The notes under the pieces: model-generated
The model's database searches: none
Seen by the model: the letters and a program-made list of their open reading frames with translations, nothing else
Told to the model about the DNA's origin: nothing
NCBI RefSeq assembly: GCF_020745735.1
Contig: NC_083409.1
Coordinates: forward strand, 21,028,098 to 21,092,097
Length of the DNA stretch: 64,000 nt
Origin: Hemiscyllium ocellatum
Lineage: Eukaryota
Direction of reading: 5' to 3'
Part shown: piece after piece, positions 46,681 through 60,609 of the stretch
Numbering within the stretch: position 1 is the stretch's first letter
Layout of the letters: the number at the start of each line of letters is the position of its first letter
Position numbers and translations under genes: made by a program

Positions 46681-49600
46681 TAGGAATTAGTTTAGAGGTA
46701 AGAGGCAGAGAGAAGGGATAGTGTGTGCATCCTCCAATGAGCAAGATGTGAATAGTGGTATCCCCAGGGATCTGTGCTGGGAACTCAGCTTTTCATGATA
46801 TTTCTCAATGACTTGGATGAAGAAACAGAGAGCCATACATACAAGATTGCTGATCACACTGGGTGAGGCAGCTTGGAGGAGGTTACAGAGATATGGAGGG
46901 TAGAGGACAGGGAGGGATTTGTGAACAAGGACGAGAACTTGAAAATCAAGGTGTTGCTGGACCTGGAGCCAATGCGGACACATTATGCAGGTGGTTGAGG
47001 GAACAGAATGGATGCAAGTTTGGATACAGGCATCAGAATTTGGATGAAATGAAGGGCAATTGCTGTGATGTGTGCCGGAACAACATTGGAATGGAGTCCC
47101 ACAGGCATGACTGAGATTTCCTGTGGCTGGTCTGTGTTATATGGAGGATATGGGGCTCAGATCAATCTCAGAGATGTGGCCACATTTGTAAAGAGTCTGT
47201 TTGAGCAGCAGACTCCCAGGGAGAGGGATGGAGTTTGTTAAGGAGATGGAGAGGATGGCTTTGATCTTCCCAATATGTTTCACAGTGAGCCTGGCACCTC
47301 AGTACGGACTGCTCTGAGCTGCTGTGATTGTCGATGATTGGACTCTTATTATTAGAGATTCTGACCACAGCAGAAAGCCCCAGTGTAAAAAATAACTGCA
47401 AAGACTATCAGATCGCAAGGTTGAAACTTCACCGAAAGAGGAAGTGAAAGAAGGAGCTCAGACAGCTGGATGTTTGTTACTGAGACGGGAGAAAACTGTG
47501 AACTCTCTGCATTCCCTGGAATCTGACAGCAATGGAGGCTGGTTCTGGGATTTAATTTTTGCAGAAACAGCACAGTGATGGGAAAAGTGTCAGTCACTCT
47601 CTCACAAACACACACACCTGCACTCGGAGATCAGAAACAGAATCCAGCAGCACCTCTGTCTCCAAGCTGTGAAACCTGCACAGAATTGTTCCCTCATTCA
47701 GTTTATAACTGGCTGGATAGACCAAGCAGGGGAAGCAACACAGTGGTGTGTACAGTGGGAAGGGAGTTGCCCTGGGAGTCCTCACCATTAACTATGGAAC
47801 CCATGAAGCCTCATGACAGCAGGTCAAACATAAAGATGGAAACGTCCTGCTGATTACCACATAGCACCGCCCTCCCCTCCAACCTCAACTGAGCAGTCAG
47901 TCCTCCTCCATATTGAACAACACTTGGAGAGAGCACTGAGGGTGGGAAGGATGCAGGATATACCTTGAGTGAGGGACTTCAAAGTCCACCATTAAGAGCT
48001 GCTCATAAGCATCACTACTGAGCAAGCTGGTCAAGTACCACCTGATTCAGCTGCTAGACTGGACCTGTGGCAGTTAGTGAGGGAACCAATAAGAGGAAAA
48101 ACATACTCACTATCACCCTCACCAATCTGCCTGTTGCTGGTGTATCTGACCATGACAGTATCAGTAAGAGTGACAACCGCACAGTCCGTGTGGAGACAAA
48201 ATCCCATCTTTACATTGAAAATGCCTGATATTTTGTTGGGCAAGAGATATGGGATATCAGGAAGAACTTTTTTTTTAGCAGCAATTGGTAATATCTTGGA
48301 AATCATCCATTCAGGTGAGGTAGGCGAAGACACTCAGTGATTGCAATGGCAGCTCGGATGGGTTCTTGATGGAAATAAACCTGCAAGGCCCTGGGGGTCG
48401 AGTTAGGGAGGGGGTGGGACTGACTGGATTGCTCCATGAAATGACAGCATTTACCTGACAGGCTGAATGTTCGGCCCCTGTGCTAGAAATAGGTCTCACT
48501 CAATGAGGGGTTCACAATTAGAGAGTTTGGATGCAGTATATACAGGAAAAAAATGTTTCTCCAGGCAGGAGGGTCAGTAACCAGAGGGCACACATTTCAG
48601 AAAGGGTCTGAAGAACAAGAGAGAAGATAGGAACATTTTTATCCAGCAATTTCATGGTGAAGATCTGCAAGGTGAGTAGAACTGAATTCAACAGCAACTT
48701 TCAAATGGTATTTGGAGAAATAGCTGACAAGGAAACAATTACAGGGTTATACAGGAAGGGCTGGGCAAATGGAACTCATTGGACTAATTTGACTAACAGA
48801 TTCTCAATAGGCCCAATGACCTCTGTCTGTGTTGTATAAGAGCTTACACAAACTTAGTCTCTCCTTTACACAACGACTGGGAGAAACAGACAACACACTT
48901 TACAGAAAAGTGTTTTCTCTCGCAAAATGTACACAGTGTCCAAATGTAGTCTGTCCAATGCCTTGTACAGCTGGAACATGATGTCCCAGCTCCTGTACTC
49001 CCTGCTTTGACCAGCGAGGGCAAGCGTGCCAAATACCTTCTTCACCATCCTGTCTACCTGTGACATCACTTCCAAGGAACTATGTACCTGTAACCCTCAG
49101 TCTCTCTGTTCAACAACGCTCCTCATGCGTCGACATTATTTGTGTAATTCCTGCCCTGGTTTGTCTTACCAAAATGTAACTCCTTACATTTATCAAAATT
49201 AAATTCCATCCGGATTTGTTGACCCACTGGCCCAGTTGATTAAGATGAAATTATTCTTTGATAACCTTCTTCCTTGTCCACGATGCCAACAATTTTAATG
49301 TCAGCCACAAGCTTACTGACAATTCCTCCTATTTTCGCATCCAAATTGTTCATGTAAATGATCAACAACAGTGAATCCAGGATTGGTTCTTGTGACAGAG
49401 GCTGGTCACTGTCCTCCAGTCTGAAGAACAACCCTCTCTCACCAGTCTCTGCCTCCTATCATCTGGACAATTTGATATCCAATTGGCGCGCTCTCCCTGG
49501 ATCCTATGTGATATAATCTTACTAAACAAGCTACCATGGGGAACATTGTCTAAGGCCTTGCTCAAGCCCATGTAGACAGAGTGTACTGCTCTACCTTTAT

Positions 49601-50183
49601 CTAAGTTCTTGATTATTTCTTCAAAAACTCAGTCATCTGCTCATCTCCATTGGAAATTCCAGTGAATAGGAGGCCCATGTTTACTGGTCTCTCTTGGAGC
49701 ATTCAGTCAGAAGGAGGTCCGTGTTTACTGGTCTCTCTTGGAGGATCCAATCAGAAGGAGGCCCATGTTTACTAGTCTCTATTGAGGACCTTAGTGAGAA
49801 GGACATCCTCTGAATTGAATTCCATGTTTGCCCAACTCTGTTTGCGTTTCCCGTGCATCATGGACACCATGGTGGGTTCAGTTCCCTTCTGTTGTAATTG
49901 TGATGCTCTGACCCTCATCCCATTGAAACAACCTGACTCAGAGAGTGATCATAGAATGGGAAGGAGAGGCAAAAGGATTGGAAAATGTTGTGAATGGACA
50001 GGATGGGTCAGTGGGTCAGAGCCTGTCCTGTCCCTCCAGCTCACACTGATAACCTGAGAATCTCCTCTCTTTGTTGGGCCTTCATGCAATGAGGTTTGTA
50101 TCCAAAACGGTCCCCAGTAAGAACAGGCTAACAGCACAGAACTCCCCTTCATTTGACAAGAATCTGTCCATCTTCCTGAGAGA

Positions 50184-52060
50184 TATCATTGACACATTTG
50201 ATCAAGATCCCGTTATACGCTGAGGTAACCCTCTTCGCTGTCCACTGCACTTCCAATTTTGGTGTCATCTGCAAACTTTCTAACCATACCTCTTATGCTC
50301 GAATCCGAATCATTTATGGAAATGATAAAATGTCGAGGACCCAGCATCGATCCTTGTGGCACTTCACTGGTCACAGGCCTCTAGTCTGAAAAACAATCCT
50401 CCACCATTACCCTCTGTCTTCTAACTTTGAGCCAGTTCTGTGTCTAAATGGCTAGTTCTCCCTGTATTCTGTGAGATTTAACCTTGCTCACAAGTCTCCC
50501 ATGGGGAACCTTGTTGAATGCCTTACTGGAGTCCATATAGATCACATCAATCACTCTGCCCTCATCTTTGTTACTTTGTGAGACATGATTTCTCGTGCAC
50601 AAAGCCATGTTGACTATCCCAAATCAGTCCTTGCCGTTCCAAATACATGTACATCCTTTCCCTCAGGATTCCCTCCAACAACCTGCCCACCACTGGCATC
50701 CAGCTCATTAGTCTATAGTTCCCTGGCTTGTCCTTACAACCTTTCTTAATCAGTGGCACCATGTTAGCCAACCTGCAGTCTCCCGGCATCTCACCTGTGA
50801 CTATTGATGATACAAATATCTCAGTAAGAGGCCCGGCAATCACTTCTCTAGCTTCCCACAGAGTTCTCCGGTACACCTGATCAGGTCATGGGGATTTATC
50901 GACCTTTACGCATTTCAAGGCATTCAGCCACTTCCTCCTCTGTAATATGGATATTTTTCAGGGTGTCACCATCTATTTCCCGACATTCTATACCTTCCAT
51001 ATCCTTTTCCTCAGTAAATACTGATGTAAAATATTCATTTATTATCTCTTCCACTTTCTGGTGTTCCTTGGTGTTCCTCTCTGATATTCCCTCCTTGCTC
51101 CCACAGCCCTGCTAAGTTAGTTTAAACCCTCTCCAACAGCACTAGTAAACCAACTCACAAGAATCTAAAGTGCTCATTCCTGGAACCCTCTTTCCAGGTC
51201 CACAGTCACCTGTGTTAACCTCCAGTTCCGACTTTCACTTGCACTGGGGTACTGGGAGGAATCCAGAGATTCCTACTTTTGAGCTCCTGCTGCTAATTCC
51301 CTCCTGATCCCCCTAAATTCTGACTGCAGGACCACATCCCTTTTCTTCCTCTGTCACTGGGACCGATGTGGACCACGACTGCTGCCTGTTCCCGTTCTCC
51401 CCTAAGGGTGCTCTGCAGCTGCTCAGTGACATCTTTGACCCTGGCACCAGGGAGACAACACACCACCCTGGCATCCCATCTGCAGATGCACAAACACCTA
51501 TCGATTGCCCTCACTCTCGAATCTCCTTTCACTATCGCTCTTCCAGTCTTCCTTGTGCCCTCCCTCCCCCGCCTCCCGTACAGCTGAGCCCCCTGTGGTG
51601 TCATGGATTTGGCCCAGATGAACCATCATTCTCACCAGGATTCTAAACTGAATACTGATTGGTGAGTAGGATGGACTCGGGGATTCCTGTACTAACTGCC
51701 TGGTCCTTTTGGACTGTCTGCTGCTCCCCCATTCCCTCTCTCCCTGCATACTCTGAAGCTGCAGAGTGGCCACATCTAGAAACATTCTCTCCACAGAGCT
51801 CTCAGCCTCAAGGACGCTCCGCACTGACACCAGCTGCTGCTGAAGCGCTGAAACCCGGATCTCCAACTATTGTCACTGACCACACTTCCTGTACTTCATC
51901 GTATTGCAGGAGCTGGGAAGCATTCTGAAGTTCCCACATGGAAGCATACTCTCTCCACTCTTTGTTCTTCTCTTGGCAAAGTTCTGATGATAAACAGCTC
52001 CAGCAGCGCTCACATTCCAGTGGGTTCAGTGTTCCAAGGTTTTGTGGAAACTCTCCAGAA
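50184..52060 (-). mobile_element. CR1 LINE retaining its 5'/ORF1 part but truncated within RT, at the site where cluster-2 L-V-J should be
   Basis: ORF1 (MEIRVSALQQQL..; VCCLPGARVKDVTEQLQ..VVHIGP), RT (WEAREVIAGPLTEIF..NYRLMS..QHGFV); ends in the DLDQM region at about 50184. Confidence 0.82.
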
Positions 52061-55000
52061 GACTTTAAGAAATAGGAGCCGAAATCAGCCATTCAGCCCA
52101 TTGAATCTATTCTGCCATTTGATCTTGGCAGATATGCTTCTCACCCCATTCTCCTGCCTACTCCACAGGAGCGTTCGATCCCCTTAACAATCAAGAACCT
52201 CTCTCTAAAATACACTCAGTGACTTGCCCTCCACGACACTCTGTAGAAATGACTTCCACAGATTCACCACGCTTGGCTGAAGAAATGCCTCCACATCTCA
52301 GCTCTAAAGGGTCGGCCTTTTATTTTGAGGTTGTGCCTTGGTTACCGAGTCTCTCCTGTTTTGGGAAACATCTTCTCTGCATCCACTCTATCCAGGCTGA
52401 TCTGTATTCTGCAAATTTCAATAAGATCCCTCCTCATCCGTCTAAACTCCATCGGGTACAGACCCAGTGTCCTCAACCATGCCTCATATGGCAAGCCATT
52501 CATCCCCAGGATCATTCTTGTAAACACCTACAATGCCAGCACATCATTTCTCAGAATATATGCCCCAAATCTACTCACAATACTCCAAATTCTCTCTGAG
52601 CAGAGCCTTACATAGCTTCAGCAGTATATCTCTGCTCTTGTATTCTGGCCCTATTGAAATGAATGCTATATTTTCATTTGCCTTCCCAAGCATAAACTGG
52701 AACTGCCTGCTAACCTGAAGAGAAATCTGAATGAGGTTTGTGTTTTAGATTTCCAAAGGCTTTCCTCATTTAGAAAACAGTCTTTGCATCTTTTCTTCCT
52801 CCGAAAGTGCATAACCACACATTCTAACACATTGTATTCTATCTACCACTTGTTTGCCCCCTTTCTGAGCCTATTCAGGACCTTTTGCAGCCTTTCCACT
52901 TCCTCAACACTACCTGTCCCTCCACCTATCTCATGTCATCTGCCAACTTAGCAACACTTCCATCACCCAGATTGTTAATGTATAATGTGATGAGTTATGG
53001 TCCCAACATTTACCCCTACATGACTCTACCAGTCACCAGCTGCAATTGTTCCTCACTCATTGCTTTATGCCATCCTGCCAGTCCTCAGTCCACACCAGGA
53101 TCTTCCCCCAACACTATGGCCCTTATCTTATGTCAAAAGGCTTCTGGAAATCCAAATAGATTACTTCCTCGGATTCTCATTTGTCTGACTGGCTCATTGT
53201 CTCCTCAAAGTATTCTAACAGATTTGCCAGACATGACATCCTCTTGATGAAGCCATGTTGACTCAGCCCTATTTTCCCATTGCACTTAAAATCATCTGCA
53301 ATTTCATCCTTAAATTGAAGTCTAAAACCTTACCAACAACTGCATCCAGCCTAACTAGCCTATAATTTCCCATCTTCACCCTCTTTCCTTTCTCAAACAG
53401 CAGTGTTATGTGAGCCATTTTCCAGTTCCTTGCCCCCAACAAATCCGTCCCCACCCCACCTTCATCCCTCTAATCCACAGATTCCTGAAAGTTTATCACC
53501 AATGCCTCCACAATCTCCTCAGCGATCTCCTTCAGAACACACTCATGTAGTTCATCCAGAATGGGTGAGATATCCACATTTAGACCTTTCAGCTTCCCCA
53601 GTACCTCCTCCTTAGTGATGGCCACTACACTCACCCCTGACAGTCTCGAAATATTGGTATGTGGCTGGTGTTTTCCATTGTGAAGACTGATGCAAAGTAT
53701 TGATTCAATTCCTCTGCTATTGCTTCATTTTGTATTCTTCTTTCTCCAGCCTCATTTTCCAGTGATCCAATGTCTATTTTTGCCTGCTCTTTCTTTTTAT
53801 ATATTTAAAGAAACTCTTGCAATCTTCTTTTATATTACTGGCTAGCTTACCCCAACATTTCACCTTCTCCATCGTGAATGTTTTTCTCATTATCCTCTCC
53901 AAACTTTGAAATATTTCCTAATCCTATGGCTTCCCACAATTCTTCATCCCATTGTGTGATTTTTCTCTTGCTTTTATGCTGTCCTTCACCTCCCTCATGA
54001 GCCATGGTTGTCTTGTCCTCCCCTTAGTATGTTTCTTCTTTTTTGGGATCAATTCCCACTCTGCTTCCTGAATTACCCCCAGAAACTCTGCTGTATGCTG
54101 CTCCACCACCTTACCTGCTCGCTCCCCCCCCCCCCCCCCCTTCCTATCAACTCTGGCCAGTTCCTTCCTCATATATTTGGAGTTAACTTTACGCATTCTT
54201 CCTCTCAAACTACAAAGGCAAATCTATCGTATTATGGTCACGTATCAATAGGGATATTTTCACCTTAAGCTCACTAATCAAGTTTGCGGCATTACACATC
54301 ACTGAATCCAGAACTACCTGTTCCATAATGGCTCAACCACAAGCTGCTGCAAAAGTCATCTCATAGATATTCCATGGAATCCTTTTCTTGAGATGTGTTA
54401 CCCACTCCAGCTATCCATTGAAGTCTGCCATAAAGTCCTGATTGATTTCCTTACCCACACCCTGATTACTGTTTGGAGACCTGAACATAGCTTGCATCAA
54501 ATTATTTATTTATTGTGGTTCCTCAACTCTACCCACACAAATTCTACACCTTCTGACTCTATTTCCCTTCTTGCTCTTGATTTAATTTCATTTCTTACTA
54601 ACAAGGCAACTCTTCTCCCTCTGTCCATCTGTCTGTCATTTTGATGGGACATGTATCGTTAGATATTTAGTTCCGAGCCCAGATCCCCTTACAGCCATGT
54701 CTCTGTGATACTCACAACATCGTACCTGCCAGTTTCAATCTGTACTACAAGGTCATTGTGTATACTGTGTGCTTTTAAGTACAACACCCTCAGTACTGCA
54801 TTGATTACCCCCCTTCTCATCACTGTCCTCTTATCTGCCGTGCTTGACGTTTGATTGCTGATCCTTTCCACACTCTCTGTCCCATTCTGTCTTCTGGAAA
54901 CTTGAATAACCTCTCCTGAGACATCCTCCACGTTTATTAGTTTTTATTCCTTGGAAACTCAATTGACCTTGTTGAGTGGCATCATTTTGTACCCCTTACT

Positions 55001-56139
55001 CGGAATGCTTCTTGCATTTAGACGCAACGACTTTAAGTTTGTTCTACTATCGATTTCCCTGCACTTTTGTGTTTCTTTTGATATTCAAAAATTCTGTCCC
55101 TTCCTTTTATTTTCTGGTAACAATCAATCCCATCACTAATCAGCAATTCTATCTTCTCCTTTACCTTCTATTTTCTCAATTTCAATCCAACTGCACCAAA
55201 TTACTTTGTCTTTGGGTTAAGTTCAGGCCAGTAGTTATCCTTGAACCAACATCATTAAACGTGGTCTTTGATCTCATTGTTTCCAGTGGGATCTTGCTGT
55301 GTAGAAACTGGCTGCCATATTCCTGACATTGCAACTGTGACAGGTTTTCAAACAAAGCTGTCTGTAAATGTCTTTGGGAGAGCCTTAGGTGTTAATGGTT
55401 TGATTGAATTTCAATTGGAGTTATGGAAACATACAACACAGAAACAGACCTTTCGATCCAACTTGGCCATGCTGACCAGATATCCTAAATTAATCTAGTC
55501 CCATTTACCAGCATTTGGCCCATATCCCTCTAAACTCTTCCTATTCATATACCCATCCAGATGCCTTTTAAATGATGTAATTCTACCAGTCTCCACCACT
55601 TCCTCTGGCAGCTCATTCCATACATATAACACCCTCCGCATGAAAAAGCTGGCCCTTAGGTCCCTTTCAAATCTTTCCCTTGTCACTTTGAACCTATGCC
55701 TTCTAGTTTTCAATTGCCCCACTCTGGAGAAAAGATCTTCTCTATTCACCCTATTTATGCCTCTCATGATATTATGAACCACAATATTGTCACCCCTCAG
55801 CCTCCAAAGTTGCAGGGAAAATAGACTCAGCCTATTCAGCCCCTCCAGTTAACTCAAACCCTCCAGCCATGACAACATCGTTTTCTGCACCATTTTAAGA
55901 TTCACAACATTTTTCCTATAGCAGGGAAAGCAATGTCCTATACAGCCGCAACAGCTCCCAACTCCAATACTCAATTCACTGACCAACAAAGGAAACATAC
56001 CAAATGACTTCATCACCCTCCCCCCACCCCCCAACCCCCCCCCCCCCACCCCCCCACACCCATATACCTGCAACTCCGCTTTCAAGGAACTTTTCCTTTT
56101 GTTTTTGGATGAACTGTGAGTCTCTCAGTTGTGAACGAT

Positions 56140-56340
56140 GCAATTCCATGGCACTATTGGATAAAAAGCAGGCAGTTCCCCCTGTGCCCCTGGCCAATAT
56201 TTATCCCCCAGTCAAAATCAATAAAAAATCTATTTCCCTGCGAATTATCATCATGTGTTTGGGATCTTGCTGTATACAGCCTGCTGGAAAGAACCATTGG
56301 GGCATCCTGAGTTGTTTACAGAAATGCAAGTCTTTCTTTA
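56140..56340 (+). mobile_element. DeuSINE (SacSINE1/AmnSINE1-like) central-domain fragment; related copies at 55205-55400(+) and 18520-18690(-)
   Basis: CCATGGCACTATT..CCTGGCCAATATTTATCCC..GGGATCTTGCTGT..AAATGCAAGTCTTTC matches my recollection of the Deu-domain consensus. Confidence 0.6.
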
Positions 56341-58764
56341 AGTTTGGTGTCCCCTGATCCTGACCCTCACCCATTATCTGTACACTCTCACCTTCCAGGG
56401 GTCATGGAGTCATTCAGAGAAGTGACCTTGGCTGACCCTGGGACACTGAAACACTTTGTAGCCTCACCATTGACCTCAGCCCATTGGTGTGCAGCAAGGT
56501 TTGAAATGTAATCTGGAACCTTCCACATGGATACCCAATGAAGTGTGTGGATCCAAGTCCACTCCAATGTTCTCAGATACAGTTCTCCTGATCTGTGGGT
56601 GATCGGAGTTTCGTAAACGATGTATCAAGCTCCATCCCACTTTCCAGCTCTTGCTCCATAGCTCTGGAGGTTTCGATGTTTCAAGTGAATATCCAAGCGT
56701 TTTTTCAATGTGATGAGGGTTTCTGCCTCTCCCATCCTTTCAAACAGAGTCTCAGACTGCAACAGCCTCTGGGTGAAAACAAACATCTACAACTTCCCTC
56801 TAATCCTGCCCTCAAATCATTTCAATCTCTGCCCATGGTTATTGCCCTCTCTGCCGATGGAAATCAGTCCCCCTATCCACTGTATCCAAGCCCCTCATCA
56901 TTTTACACATCTCGATCAAATTACCCATCAGCCTCCTCTGTTCCAAAGGAAACAGTCCCAGCCAAACCAATCATTGCTTAACTCCCCATTCCTGACAAAA
57001 TCCTCCCCTGTCCCCGTCTCAAGTGGGAACACATCCTTCCTGTAATGTGGTGACCAGAACCGTACAAGTTCTCTCACTGTGCTCTAACTGGAGTTTTATA
57101 CAGTTCCAGAATAAACAAACTCTCAAACAAAAATTAGACGAAAGAGGCAATGATTTAATGGTACTATTGCTGAACTGGTAATCCAGAGATTAATGTTCTG
57201 GGGACCAGGGTTAGAATCCTGCCACAGCAGTTGGTGGAATTTGAATTCAATTAAAAATATCTGCAATTAAGAGTCTGATGATGACCATGAAACAATTGTT
57301 GATTATCAGGAAAAAGCCAACTGATTCCCTGATGTGCTTTAAGGAAGGATACTGCCATCCTTTTGACTGCCTACCATGTGATTCCAGACCCACAGCAATG
57401 TGGTTGACTTTAAACTGTCGTCTGGGTGATTAGGCATAAATGCTACAGATCCTGCAATGCCCTCATTTCATAAGGAGAAAAAATTAAAAATGTACCCCAT
57501 GTGTTTTCTTAACCACCTTACTCACCCGCATTCATTAATCACCATGACCACATCTTCCACTTTGATGCACATTGACTTCCAGCTTCAAACTTATGAGAGA
57601 CATTCCTTCATTATCTGACCAGTAGGTAGAAACATCAAAAATCGTAGCAAGAGTAGGCCATTCAGCCTCTCAAGCCTGCTCCACCATTTAATATGATCAT
57701 GGCTGATCATTCCAACACAGTCACCTGTTCCCGCTTTCTGCCCACATTCTTCAATCCATTTAATCCTAAAAAACAAATCTAATTCCTTCTTGAACACATA
57801 CCGCATCTAATTCCCTCATGCTAGAAAAATGGATGAGAATTATTGGGTTGTTCTTTTTTGACCAATATGGACACAATGGTCTGATGGACTTTTGGGTCTC
57901 TCTGACTCTATGACTGTATTATTATATGTTATGAATAACTAGGTACCAAGGAACGAAAGACTTGTACTTTCTGTCCTGTCTGCCAACCAGTTCCCAATGC
58001 ATTTCAGTACATGACCCCAATCCTCTTGTTCGTTGGGATTTCCCTGATTCAATTGGACATACGTCATTCTGTCAGCTCTTTGTTTTACTCAGATTCTGTT
58101 CAATTTCATCCCTGCATCTTCTATTCTCCATTCAGCTTTGAACTCCAGATAGCAAACATCACCTTCCCTATTTGGTCTTCCCTACTCTGGCTGCCTTTTG
58201 ACATCCCAGTCTGAGAATCTAGATTTGGGAGCCCCACCCTTACTCCTTGTGGGAACAGATTCTGAACGATCTATGTCTCATCCTTCGAGGGCTTCAACTG
58301 CCCTGACAGTGATTTCCATCATGCCGCTGGTTCCAGTCCGCTTTTGGTAAACCACCACATGGTTTATTAAAATATCCATTCGCCAATGAAGACTTTTACA
58401 CTTGCCCATGGCTCTCCATTTCCAAAACTTTTCTCAATCTCACTGAGTTCTGATCACTGTCACTGAAATGCTCCCCCATTGATAGCCCTTCCAGCTGCCT
58501 ACATTCATTCCATAAACGATAGTCCAAAACTATCCCTTCTTTTTCACCATCACCCTCTCAGGGGCAATTAGGAATGGGCAATAAATGCTGGCCCTGCCAG
58601 AGACAATGAAATCCCAAGAAGCAATTTGAACAATGTCTGTTCTTTTGTCGGTTTTATTCTGTATTGACTACAAATGTTCAATAAGATGGTATTGCCAGTG
58701 AATATGCTGAGAGTTAAATTCCATTTGTTTGGCAGGGATTAAAATTGCTTCTCTTGCCTTTCAG

Positions 58765-59093
58765 GCCGTGAGAACCTTCAGCCAAAGCTGACCATGCTGC
58801 CCCCCTCCCCGGAACAGGTCAATGCAAAGGGCACTGACACCCTGGTGTGCCTTGCCAATCACTTCTATCCCGATGAGCTGGAGGTGCAGTGGAAGAAGGA
58901 CGGTGCAGTCATTTCAGATGGGGTTCAGACCAGTAATTATCTGTGAGCTTCCGACAGTTCCTACAGTGTCAGCAGCCTGCTGACCCTCTCTGGGCCTGAC
59001 TGGGAATTCAACGCTCGCTCCTCCTGTGCCCTCACCCACGGGAACCTCCCCTCTCCCCTCAGCAAGAGCATCAGGAGGTCAGAATATCTGTAG
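58765..59093 (+). pseudogene. IGKC: Ig kappa-type constant exon pseudogene, cluster 2
   Basis: Acceptor tttcag|G. Same length (329 nt) as C exon 1 and about 90% identical by manual count. In-frame TGA at 58944-58946 (CGA in paralogue). Ends SIRRSEYL* (Cys>Tyr). Confidence 0.95.
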
Positions 59094-59664
59094 AGGGTTC
59101 GAGACAGTCCACAGAGGGGACACAACTTTAATATAGAACAGGGCTGAGCTGGCAGGACAAAGATCATTGTCAGCACTGAATTTCAACTCTCTTCCATCTC
59201 AGGGCTGCTCGGGGCAACATCTGAGGTCCGGTAGTTAAGACAGGTTGTTGCAATAGTGTAGAGAGACCTTTATGCTGTTCAAACCGTATGCTGTCCTGTT
59301 CTGGGTTTCGTGTGATAGGGACAGGGTTATCTTGTGATGCCAAGTAAAACAGCTCGATGGTGCTGAAGACTGTCAGCTTTGCAAAAACAATGCGAACCTC
59401 AGAAGTCTCTGCTGCAGTAAACCAGATCTCCTTCCTGCTCAGCCATCAGTTCCAATTTGAGGTTCTGTCACTGTTTAAAGGGACAGGATTTTCACATTAT
59501 TGAGTAAATCTCCTCAAGTATTTTCCTCAATATCCACTGTGGCTGCGAATTTGTGCAGCTTCCTCTATCTGGGCTGTTGATTGCAGTCTGTTTTCTGTCA
59601 ATGTCAATCTAGAAAAGCGAATAAAGATAAAGAATATTGGGTCTCTGTCTCTGTGTATTAAGGT

Positions 59665-60121
59665 CTTATTTTTTTCCCAAGCACCCATCTTGTGTGTGAG
59701 TGCAGGTGTGAGACGCAGAAAAATCATAGTTTTTTTTTCTTTTTTTCTTTTTTTTTTCTTTTGCGGTAGTGCTTATTTTTTCCCCAGCACCCATGTTGTC
59801 TGTATGCAGGTGTGAGACACGGTGAAATACACAAGGTGCATGAATCTTTATTCAGTTTCCACTACTAGGAAGAAAGGAAACACCCGAGTGTCCAGTGACA
59901 AGCAATGCCCTTCACATCAAAGGGCTATACTGTCTGTGTACTTTGGATTTTTAAAATTTTTTTTACATTCTGTTTTTTTCCCAGCACCCATGCTGTGTGT
60001 GCAGGTGTGAGACACAGTGAGACACTCCTGTTTATCTTTTTTCTTTTTTTATTTATTTTTAATTAACCCCCACACTACCACCTAACTGCGGTAGTGCTTT
60101 TTTTTTTTTCCCAGCACCCAT

Positions 60122-60160
<39 letters not shown>

Positions 60161-60285
60161 TTGTGAGACACAGTGAGAGATGCAAGGTGCACGAATCTTT
60201 ATTCAATTTCCACCACCAGGAGGATAGGGAAGCACCCGAGTGGCCAGGGACAAACAATGCCCTTCACATCAAAGAGCAATACTGT
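59665..60285 (+). repeat. Composite repeat insertion (four CCCAGCACCCATG..GTGTGAGAC units, poly-T, (TG)n) in the cluster-2 3' flank
   Basis: Units at about 59675, 59780, 59978 and 60108; 59780-59950 is duplicated at 60108-60290; absent at the paralogous site (about 16450). Confidence 0.75.
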
Positions 60286-60609
60286 CTGTGTAATTTGGAA
60301 ATTGACAACTGTCCTCAGCTGATTGGCTGCAGTTCAGCAAGTCACTGTCACAATTAGCTCTTGGCCTGTCAATCAATGACACATCAGTTGTAGATGATAC
60401 TGACAGTCTTTCACCAATCACGTTCAAACGATTCCTTTGTTTCGGAATCTGTGGAGGTTAAATGATTCCAAAAAGAACAGCAACTGAAAGCTGTTGCGAC
60501 TCAATAATTATCATCTGAGGCATTCACTCATCACTCTGTGGTCCAAACCCAGCTGGTAGGGTTGCATGTGCACTCTCTGCTGCATGCTGGGTAGCACCTG
60601 AAAATGATA

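Noticed and set aside
47520-47612. CACAGTG heptamer (47571) followed by ACAAACACA, preceded by sequence faintly like a V FR3 end
   Set aside because: The spacer is 26 nt rather than 12 or 23, the nonamer is poor, and there is no open V frame or WYxQ upstream. The upstream block aligns to non-coding cluster-1 sequence.
50170-50200. RAG-mediated (kappa-deleting-element-like) origin of the cluster-2 deletion
   Set aside because: No heptamer or signal joint at the breakpoint; the junction is with truncated CR1 RT.
60013-60175. CACAGTG heptamers at 60013 and 60169 and in every HE1 SINE head
   Set aside because: They are part of repeat consensus sequences and have no correctly spaced nonamer.
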